Below are positions 34,527 to 41,828 of a stretch of DNA of 64,000 nt, piece by piece. This stretch comes from Thermomicrobiales bacterium (GTDB taxonomy: Bacteria; Chloroflexota; Chloroflexia; Thermomicrobiales; UBA6265): assembly GCA_049840815.1 (NCBI GenBank), contig JASGJI010000012.1, positions 40,157 through 104,156 of the forward strand, given 5' to 3'. How positions within the stretch are numbered: position 1 is the first letter of the stretch; each line of letters starts with the position of its first letter. The notes below the pieces were generated by a model that had not been told where the DNA came from, did not search any database, and saw nothing but the letters and a program-made list of their open reading frames with translations. The translations under genes and the position numbers were made by a program.

Positions 34527-34745
34527 GTGGAAACGCTCCTGAACGACCCGGAATGGTCGGAGTGGAGCGACCATGAAATCGCGCGACGATGTGCAGTTAG
34601 TCAGCAGTTCGTCAGCAAGGTTCGACCGTCACTAACATCTGTTGTTAGTGACAATCCCACCCGAACCTACACCGACAAGCACGGCAACATCTCGACGGTG
34701 AACACGGCCAACATTGGACGCAAGTCCGACCCCGAACAGGACTGA
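34527..34745 (+). CDS. small HTH DNA-binding protein (start uncertain, 34455 or 34527)
   Basis: SDHEIARRCAVSQQFVSKVR is a typical helix-turn-helix. Confidence 0.45.
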   Translation: METLLNDPEWSEWSDHEIARRCAVSQQFVSKVRPSLTSVVSDNPTRTYTDKHGNISTVNTANIGRKSDPEQD

Positions 34746-34964
34746 ACCTTCGCCACCGTCATGCATCCCGGCCACCACGACCGCCGCCGAAATGAGAGGC
34801 TCGTTCCGTACCAAGACAACGACCCCTTACCAGCGGCGTGCGTGATGGCCCGAACGCGATAGCCCCTGTGGACCGCTACGCGCGCCACCACGCGCACGAA
34901 CAGGCGTTCTGGTGTATGGCGTCATCGGCGGGTCTGCGCGCGCGTGCCGGGGCATCCGGTTCCC

Positions 34965-35648
34965 CTACGCTCCATGCGGTCGCCCGTCCGCTCCGTGGTT
35001 GATCAGGCGATCCATATCGACGGCAATCGCGGCCCGCACGGCAGGGTCGGAAACGTGCTGCATCACGGCCTCGGACAGCGTCGTGACCAGCATCATCGCC
35101 TCATTGACCGAGAGCATCTGCTGCATGTCCACCCGCCGCTTCCGTTCGCTGTCCGCAGCCTTCCGGCGCTGGTCGGACAGCACCGCGATCTCCTTCCGTG
35201 CGGAGGCGTCCGCCGCGCCCTTGTCGATGATGACGGCGATCTTCGCCAACGCCGTCGCCAGCGCGTCGCGGTCCTGCGCCCGTTGGGCGACCTCGAACGC
35301 GGTCCACGCAGCCTCCAGGTCGAACCAGAGCTGCCCGGAGGCATCGGCGGCAAGGTTCGCGGCGGCATCGACAATCAGGGTATCGAGCAAGGCGATATTG
35401 CCGGTCAGGTTCAGCAGGTCGGGATCGGCTTCGGCGGTCTCGTACCGCTCGCGCAGCCGGGCGGGAAGATCCTTGCTGTATCGCCCATGCGTGGTGTTCG
35501 GATGGGCCATCCCCCGCTTCTGCGTTCCGCCGTGGTAGCGGCACGTCGTCCGTCCCTTCGCCGCCCACTGGCCGCAGCGTTCGCCCGTGCGCTTCGAGTG
35601 CGCCGTGCAGCGCCGGTCATCAGGAATGTCTTGCAGGTTGCTCGCCAT
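34965..35648 (-). CDS. Cys-rich N-terminal CRxHGG-motif protein (HGGxSTG-like) with helical C-terminal domain
   Basis: RRCTAHSKRTGERCGQWAAKGRTTCRYHGGTQKRGMAHPNTTHGRYS. The motif family name is recalled from memory. Last gene of the leftward operon. Confidence 0.5.
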   Translation of the reverse strand: MASNLQDIPDDRRCTAHSKRTGERCGQWAAKGRTTCRYHGGTQKRGMAHPNTTHGRYSKDLPARLRERYETAEADPDLLNLTGNIALLDTLIVDAAANLAADASGQLWFDLEAAWTAFEVAQRAQDRDALATALAKIAVIIDKGAADASARKEIAVLSDQRRKAADSERKRRVDMQQMLSVNEAMMLVTTLSEAVMQHVSDPAVRAAIAVDMDRLINHGADGRPHGA

Positions 35649-35707
35649 CTCGGTGGTGCTCCATTTCGAGGTCGAGCCGGGGCGATCGCACCACCCCGGC
35701 GAGCGCG

Positions 35708-36247
35708 TCAGCGCAGGATGTTGAGCATCTCGCGACCCATTTCGGCCTTCCAGGCGTCGAGGATCGCGGCCCGGAGCACCTCGTCCGGCTCCGGCTTGCG
35801 GAACGTCGCGCCCGGTGCGGTCAGGGTGAGGCGATACCCGTTTGATTCGACGCGGAAGCCGGGTGCGGTCATGCCGCTGAGCTGGGCGTAGTAGGCGCTG
35901 AAGACTTCGCTGAGCCGCTTGGCTTCGCGGAGGTAGACGCTCAGCGCCTCACGCATCGCGGCCTCGGCAGCGTGGACCGCCGTCAGGTCGAGGTCGCGGG
36001 CCATCGCCTCGCGGAGGGCCACGAGGTCGGCGGCGTGCGCCTCCTTCCGCCGTTCGGCCTGCACGACCGGATAGGCGTCAACTGCGGCCTTCGCGAGGTC
36101 GAGGGCATCCGCCAGCGTGCGGATGCGGGCCGGATCGACCGTGCGGCCACGGGCCACGTCGGTCGCCGCTTCGGAGTAGGCGATCTTCGCCCGATCGTAG
36201 GCGGCGGCAAGGTCGGCATAGCTGGGTGCGGTGATGGTGGCGCTCAT
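35708..36247 (-). CDS. hypothetical protein
   Basis: 179-aa ORF with an ATGA overlap to the upstream gene. Confidence 0.55.
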   Translation of the reverse strand: MSATITAPSYADLAAAYDRAKIAYSEAATDVARGRTVDPARIRTLADALDLAKAAVDAYPVVQAERRKEAHAADLVALREAMARDLDLTAVHAAEAAMREALSVYLREAKRLSEVFSAYYAQLSGMTAPGFRVESNGYRLTLTAPGATFRKPEPDEVLRAAILDAWKAEMGREMLNILR

Positions 36248-36582
36248 GATGCGGATTCTCCCAGGGCGACAGTCAGCGCCCGGATGATGCTGTCGCCGGA
36301 CCCGTCCGCTCGCAGGAGGTCGGCGAGTTGGTCGGCAGCGGCATGCTCCCGGATGGCCACTGCCAGCCGGGCGATGTCGCCATCCGTCAACGTGGATGGC
36401 GTCGCGGTCGCGGGCGTGGCCTCCGGCTGGAGGTAACCGAGTTGCATCCGCTGGACCGGCGTCACCATTTCGGGATGCTCGGCGGCAAGTCGCCGCAGCA
36501 GGTCGTCCGGGGTCAGCGCCGTCGATTGATCCGCCTGCTGTTCGGCGTAGTAGGCGCTCATGCGCTCAACGGGGGTCGTCAT
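36244..36582 (-). CDS. hypothetical protein
   Basis: The ATG at 36582 has an AAGGAGA RBS and an ATGA overlap with the upstream gene. Confidence 0.55.
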   Translation of the reverse strand: MTTPVERMSAYYAEQQADQSTALTPDDLLRRLAAEHPEMVTPVQRMQLGYLQPEATPATATPSTLTDGDIARLAVAIREHAAADQLADLLRADGSGDSIIRALTVALGESAS

Positions 36583-36884
36583 CGTGAAGTCTCCTTGCGC
36601 GGACCAGTCCACGGTCCGAGGTCGGTGGCGGTCTGGTCCTGCCGGAACCAGCCGGGGCGACCGGTGCGGAGTTCCCGCACCAGCGCGTCGATGTTGTCCG
36701 CCTCGCCGTCAGGACCGAAGGTGACATACGGCGCGATGGCGGCGATCACCGGCCCGGCGCGCAGGGCGTGATACCGGGTGCAGGCGGCGAAGGTGGCTTC
36801 CCGCGCCCGAAGCATCCGGGTGTAGTCGGGCGAGGTCTGAGGGATCGAGCCGGGATCGGCGATGTCGATACGGACGTGCACCAC
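36579..36884 (-). CDS. hypothetical protein
   Basis: GTG start preceded by AAGGAGA. 101 aa. Confidence 0.5.
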   Translation of the reverse strand: MVHVRIDIADPGSIPQTSPDYTRMLRAREATFAACTRYHALRAGPVIAAIAPYVTFGPDGEADNIDALVRELRTGRPGWFRQDQTATDLGPWTGPRKETSR

Positions 36885-36973
36885 GGTGGGTCTCCTTGTG
36901 CCGCGATCGGCGGCGGGTGAACGGCGAGCGGACGATGGTCGTCATGGCGGGCTGTGCGCCGCGTGCAGGTCGT

Positions 36974-37351
36974 TCATGCCGCGTCGTCCTCCATCGCCTC
37001 GGGATCGAGCATCAACACGGCGTCTGTCAGCCGCTCGCCGAGGGCGGCGAGCGCATCGGGCAGGTTCACGCCGCGCCCGGTTGCCGTCACCGGCGCGCGC
37101 CGGTTGCCGAAGGAGCGCGACGCCGTGACCGTCAACGAACCGCGCTGGCCGTGGGTGACCGCGACATCCCAGCCCCACATCACCAGCGCCGGGACGGTGT
37201 CCGTCACCTGCTGCCACAGCGTCGCCGTCTGCTCGCAGGGTGCCGCCCGTCGCCACTCCCGGACCGGGCCGAACGCCTCGCGGACCTCCGCCGCAATGGT
37301 CGTCAGCGGGTCCATCGCGGGGACCGCGTACCAGGTCGATCGTGCCGTCAT
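36974..37351 (-). CDS. hypothetical protein
   Basis: 125 aa. The start overlaps the stop of the helicase-like gene (ATGA). Confidence 0.5.
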   Translation of the reverse strand: MTARSTWYAVPAMDPLTTIAAEVREAFGPVREWRRAAPCEQTATLWQQVTDTVPALVMWGWDVAVTHGQRGSLTVTASRSFGNRRAPVTATGRGVNLPDALAALGERLTDAVLMLDPEAMEDDAA

Positions 37352-39330
37352 GCCACACTCTCCTTCGCCACTCCCGGCATCGCGCTCACTTGCCCCTGGG
37401 TACTACGCTCCTCTGGAAAGACGTGACTGAGCCGCAGGTGCCAGACACGCTGACGCCCTCCTGCCACAGAGATGCGGGATGTCGAGCGTGTAGGGTCGTT
37501 GGTCTGCAAGACCCCGCGCTCCTGCAAGCGCCGCCCCAGCGTCTTGTCACTGAGGTTCACGCGCCGTCCCGTGCGCTCACCCATCCCCTGCACCACAGAG
37601 AGCGCAGACGCTGGCGTGAGGTAAAGCGCGTCGTTTTCGTAGTCAACCCAGCCGATGCGCTCACCCTTGGCGCGGCTCACCTGCTCCAGACCGTCGCGGG
37701 TCCGGACCATCTCCGACTGCCACCCAAACCGCACAGCCTGCCGAGGTTCCGAATCGGAGTCCGCATCCGCAAGGTGTGCCCGCCCAGACGTGACCGCTGC
37801 CCGCAGGTGATCCACGAATGTCTGGATTGGGTCAAGCTCCTGCACGGCCTCCGCTTGCGCCAGACCCGCAGCAAGCAGGCCGCGTTCGATACGGGCGACC
37901 AACTCGTGACGCGCTTGTGGCGCGATCGCACCGAGAGCCACAAAGGCGTCGAACCACACCTCTGCGGACGCCGCGAACGCCGCGAGCGTTTCCGCAGTGC
38001 GCGGATGACCGAAGCTCCGCCCTCGATAGGTGTCCCGGTGGCGGTCGTACGCCGCCTCGAACGCCGCTTCAATATCGTCCCAGTGCCTGGCCGTGTACTG
38101 GATGAACGCAGCAGTCACGCGCCGGAAGACACCATCGGCGCACGCCTCCTGCATTCGTGTGAGAAGGGCGAGGTCCACCCGGTTCCGATCATGCCGGAGC
38201 GCGATCGCGCGGGCCGTCGCAGATTGGGAGCCGGACGTGTCCTCCCCCGTGATCGCAACGAGGCCTTGCGCCGCCGGTGCCTGTCGGAGATCGGCGTACT
38301 GATTCATCCGCGCGCGACCACCCCGATTGCCGACATTCCGCATGACCCGTTCGAGATCAGCGTGCTTACGTTGCGCGTCGTACTGCGATCCGCTGGGAAC
38401 GAAGTCATCCACCAGCGCGATCACGTCCTTCGTCCGCGCGAGCGCGCCCTCGATCGCATTCGCCGTCCCCGACCAGTTGAGCGGAGCGCGGTCGAACTGC
38501 CCGAAGTGTCCGAGCGCCAGCAGGTGCAACGTCGTCTTGAAGCTGCCCGTGAATCCGCTGGAGTAGATCGCGGCATCCTGAGGGTGAATCTCGCCCAGGA
38601 TGGCCCGAGCCGCCGACATCGCCAGGACCGCCGTGATGTCGTCAGTCGCGACATCCAATAGCTGCATCCAGATTGCAAAGTCAGCCGCGAGCGCGTCCCC
38701 GGCGCTTGGCTCGGTGCCGACGTAGCCCTCGAATCCGGCAGGCAGCTCAACCGTGATGTCATCGCGCACGCCATCGGCACCGATGCTCTTCTCTGCCAGC
38801 AGGAAGACCCGATCGCCGTCGATCTCCCTCCACCCGGTGTGACGGTAGACCGTCGCCTGCACGATGCCGCCCTCCCGCCGCTGGGAGTCGTGTTGGATGC
38901 AGGCGCGAATCTTGTCCAGCGTCGTGCGGCCCGGTGCTGGGATCACCTGCCGCCACTGGTAGCCGCTCGTGCTCAACCAGCGCATCGCCGTCCACTCGTC
39001 TGCCGGAACGACGATCCGGGGCAGGGCCACGTCACCGTCACGGGTGCCCGTGATGACAAGACGCCCAGACTGCGAGCCGTCGCTGTTCACGACAGTCACA
39101 TCCTCCACAATCCCGATCCGGGCATTCAGGAGGCGCTCCCAGACCTTGCCACGCCGTTCCACGTATCCGACATCATCGGCGGCGAGGGTGTCAGTCAGGA
39201 GGTCTTTCCGCTCTTCTGGCGGCGTGTCCTCGCTGCCATCGGGGAACGCACTCTCCTCCCCATCGCCAGCGGTCGCGGCGTCGATCTTCGCTATCTGCTC
39301 GGCGGTCTCGGGATCAATGACGGCGCTCAT
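37348..39330 (-). CDS. large helicase-like replication protein (DUF927/Cch-like, tentative) with atypical P-loop
   Basis: 660 aa, coupled to the Zn-finger gene. P-loop-like GFTGSFKT (Phe where the Gly before Lys is expected) and Walker-B-like VIALVDDF. The N-terminal HTGWREIDGDRVFLL motif is reminiscent of DUF927. Confidence 0.5.
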   Translation of the reverse strand: MSAVIDPETAEQIAKIDAATAGDGEESAFPDGSEDTPPEERKDLLTDTLAADDVGYVERRGKVWERLLNARIGIVEDVTVVNSDGSQSGRLVITGTRDGDVALPRIVVPADEWTAMRWLSTSGYQWRQVIPAPGRTTLDKIRACIQHDSQRREGGIVQATVYRHTGWREIDGDRVFLLAEKSIGADGVRDDITVELPAGFEGYVGTEPSAGDALAADFAIWMQLLDVATDDITAVLAMSAARAILGEIHPQDAAIYSSGFTGSFKTTLHLLALGHFGQFDRAPLNWSGTANAIEGALARTKDVIALVDDFVPSGSQYDAQRKHADLERVMRNVGNRGGRARMNQYADLRQAPAAQGLVAITGEDTSGSQSATARAIALRHDRNRVDLALLTRMQEACADGVFRRVTAAFIQYTARHWDDIEAAFEAAYDRHRDTYRGRSFGHPRTAETLAAFAASAEVWFDAFVALGAIAPQARHELVARIERGLLAAGLAQAEAVQELDPIQTFVDHLRAAVTSGRAHLADADSDSEPRQAVRFGWQSEMVRTRDGLEQVSRAKGERIGWVDYENDALYLTPASALSVVQGMGERTGRRVNLSDKTLGRRLQERGVLQTNDPTRSTSRISVAGGRQRVWHLRLSHVFPEERSTQGQVSAMPGVAKESVA

Positions 39331-39971
39331 CGGACACCGCCCTTCCGCATCCCCGCGAGTGACTCCAACACGTCGAGCGCCGCTAGGAAGTGCATGCCGG
39401 GCCGCTGGTCGCCGTGGAGGATCATGTCAATCTGATCGCCGTGGAAGCCGCAGCCGTAGCAGTGAACGCAGTCGGCATAGACCGTGAGCGACGGTGTGCG
39501 GTCATCCCCTCCGTGCGTCGGCATCGGACAGTTCGTGATGTAGTGATGGCCCGACTTCTGGATGATGCAGCCGAGATAGGATTCGGCCACCATAAGAGGG
39601 GAGACGACCGCCTTCGCGGCGGCGACGCGATCCCTGATGGCGGTGTCAACGCGCGGCCAGACTGGAACCTTCGGATCACCGACGGCCCGGCGACGTGCCT
39701 CTGTCCGGTGAGCGAGTTCCTGCACGAAGGCGGCTAGCTCCTCTTTCAGGGTGGCGAGGGCCAGTTCAGCATATCGGTAGTCGCAGCTCTCCGAGTCGTG
39801 GTCGAGCATCACGCGCTCATACACGCCTGCCATCTCGTGATACAGACACCGGAAGTGCTCGTACCGAAGCCTGAGCTCGTCATTCGTCAGCATCGCGAGG
39901 TCGCGCCGATAGAGGAGCATCGTCGCGATGTGGGGATAGTCGGGCGACTCCGCCCGTGATACCATGTCCAT
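39327..39971 (-). CDS. CHC2 zinc-finger primase-like protein
   Basis: CPMPTHGGDDRTPSLTVYADCVHCYGCGFHGDQIDM at the C-terminus. Confidence 0.65.
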   Translation of the reverse strand: MDMVSRAESPDYPHIATMLLYRRDLAMLTNDELRLRYEHFRCLYHEMAGVYERVMLDHDSESCDYRYAELALATLKEELAAFVQELAHRTEARRRAVGDPKVPVWPRVDTAIRDRVAAAKAVVSPLMVAESYLGCIIQKSGHHYITNCPMPTHGGDDRTPSLTVYADCVHCYGCGFHGDQIDMILHGDQRPGMHFLAALDVLESLAGMRKGGVR

Positions 39972-40019
39972 GCAAGTGGTTCTCCCGAAGCCCGGTCGAG
40001 TATGGCGCTCGACCGGGCT

Positions 40020-40316
40020 TCACTTTGCCGGCTGATCGCCGCCGTCGGCCTTCGTGCGCCCGAGCAGTGCATCCACGGCAGCGACGGAAACCACCATGCG
40101 CCGCCCCAGGCGAATCACCGGAACCGGCAGTTCGTCACGACGCGCAAGGTCGTAGGCCTTCATGCGGCTGATGCCGAGCATCTCAGCGAGCGGTTCAATA
40201 TTCATCGTCCGCCGGTCTGGAACTGTTGCGACCACGCTCGAACCCTCCATCGCTATAGCAGCGCCTATCACTGCGTACTTCCACGATAGGCGTGGGTTGC
40301 CACGCTGGCGGGACAT
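40020..40316 (-). CDS. excisionase-family HTH DNA-binding protein
   Basis: LAEMLGISRMKAYDLARRDELPVPVIRLGRRMVVSVAAVDALL. The start overlaps the upstream stop as TAATG. An internal ATG at 40205 is an alternative start. Confidence 0.65.
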   Translation of the reverse strand: MSRQRGNPRLSWKYAVIGAAIAMEGSSVVATVPDRRTMNIEPLAEMLGISRMKAYDLARRDELPVPVIRLGRRMVVSVAAVDALLGRTKADGGDQPAK

Positions 40317-41035
40317 TACTTTGCTCGTTTTCGACCAATGTTTTGTCTGCTCAGCGTGGGCGAGTCCAGGTGCATCGCATCGAGCAATCGCCGTCGTTGC
40401 TTGGCACTCAAGTCACCGGTATCCCGGCAGTCCCAGAGCCATGCGACGAGCGACGGCATGTTCTTCCCGACATTGGCCGGAACCCGTTTGGCCATCCCCA
40501 TCGTTCCGGTCACGTCGTGCATCTGGCGTCGGAGATCGTCGATGGCGCGGTCAAGCTGGGCATGTGCCTCCGCTCGCAACTCGTCCCAATCAGCGAAGGC
40601 GTTGACGCCGGTGCCGATCTTGGACAACTCCTCATGCTCCTGCCCATCGAGATCGCGAATGTAGCGATGAACGCTGGCCGATCCGAACGTGTCAGCCTTG
40701 ATGCCCAGCACCGTTGCGAGTTCAACGGCCTGAACACGAACCATCCGAGGCTGGCGGTGATCCAGCCGCACCAGGTCATGAATCTCGTGGAGGAAATAGT
40801 TGCTCGGCTCTCCCCGTTCGCACAGGCGGAGCTCGTCTCTCACGAAGGCGGTGATGGCCGTGGCGTAGTCAGAACCGCCAGGCACGTCGTCCCAGTTCAC
40901 GCTTCCCGACATCATCCCTAGCCGCATCCAGGCCAGGCGCAGATCCTGCCGCACGATGGCCTGAAACCTCGGGAGGGTCCGAAGGTAATCGAGGAGCGCC
41001 GACCGAAGCGCGAAGCTGTATTCGTCATCGGACAT
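40316..41035 (-). CDS. hypothetical protein (first gene of leftward replication operon)
   Basis: 239-aa ORF. No motif recognised. Confidence 0.5.
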   Translation of the reverse strand: MSDDEYSFALRSALLDYLRTLPRFQAIVRQDLRLAWMRLGMMSGSVNWDDVPGGSDYATAITAFVRDELRLCERGEPSNYFLHEIHDLVRLDHRQPRMVRVQAVELATVLGIKADTFGSASVHRYIRDLDGQEHEELSKIGTGVNAFADWDELRAEAHAQLDRAIDDLRRQMHDVTGTMGMAKRVPANVGKNMPSLVAWLWDCRDTGDLSAKQRRRLLDAMHLDSPTLSRQNIGRKRAK

Positions 41036-41231
41036 GTGGCGATAGCCGCCCTCCCGATAGTCGAACCGGTGGACGGGAATCCTGTCGATCGAATCGGGGT
41101 CCGAGTATTCTCTTCATGTGACCGCTCCTGTTCAGTGGTCATCGCCGCCCCGGCTGGTCCCACCCAGCGCGGGGCGTCTTCGTCTGTACGTACATTCAGT
41201 GTAGCGCCCGATCCGAACAGGCGTTCTCTGT

Positions 41232-41359
41232 CGGGCCGCTGGACCGGTTTTTCGACCTGGACCGCTGCCGGGACCGCTGAAATCGGCCCTCTGGTCCAGC
41301 GATTTCCGCGCCGTTCCGGGCCAAACTGGCCCGCTGGACCGATCGGACCGGTTTTTGAA
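41232..41359. repeat. GGACCG-rich block, inverted partner of 31741-31855
   Basis: TGGACCG, GGGACCG and CGGACCG motifs at 41240, 41258, 41270, 41334 and 41344. The conserved blocks are 41293-41319 and 41335-41359. Confidence 0.8.
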
Positions 41360-41561
41360 CACAACTCACTATTACTACGGGGTGGTGGCCTACTCGACCG
41401 TCTCCCACAGACGCGGCCAGACCTCTCCGAGTGCGCCAAACAGGCCCGCCGGAGCGGTTCTGAAATCGTTTTGGTGTCAGTTTTGGTGTCAGACGCCAAA
41501 AAGCACCGACCCACTCGGGGCCGATGCTCTTCGATTTCCGCGCCATTGCTGGCAATTGAGG

Positions 41562-41636
41562 TGGTGACGACGGCTGGATTCGAACCAGCGACCGAGGGCT
41601 TATGAGTCCCTAGCTCTGCCACTGAGCTACGTCGCC
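41562..41636 (-). tRNA. tRNA with CAT anticodon (elongator Met or Ile2); 3' 46 nt double as att
   Basis: GGCGACG acceptor with a G1-C72 pair (so not an initiator), anticodon loop CTCATAA, T-loop TTCGAAT, and an encoded CCA. Confidence 0.9.
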
Positions 41637-41828
41637 GTGCGTTTCAACGGCGCGTAGCTTACCAGATCGCCGCCGCCGCCGTCAAACCCGAGGTGGGCGA
41701 TGCAGTGCAGATCGACACCTCACCCGTTCCGAACACCCACCGCCTGAGTGCTACACTCGGGGCACGCCGCATCGCATCCGCGTCGTCTTGCCGCCCCTGT
41801 TTCAGCACGCCGAAGGTACCGCCCGATC

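Larger units (their letters stand above)
30265..41607. mobile_element. Integrative element 2 (11.3 kb) inserted in the 3' end of tRNA(CAT)
   Basis: A 46-bp perfect direct repeat (30265-30310 = 41562-41607) bounds a tyrosine integrase, an excisionase and a replication module. Housekeeping genes lie on both flanks. Confidence 0.9.

Noticed and set aside
27656-41636. Functional link between tilS and the nearby tRNA(CAT) that serves as attB (without the element they would be ~1.6 kb apart)
   Set aside because: The tRNA acceptor stem (GGCGACG) resembles elongator tRNA-Met as much as tRNA-Ile2, and identity cannot be decided by eye. The proximity may be coincidental.
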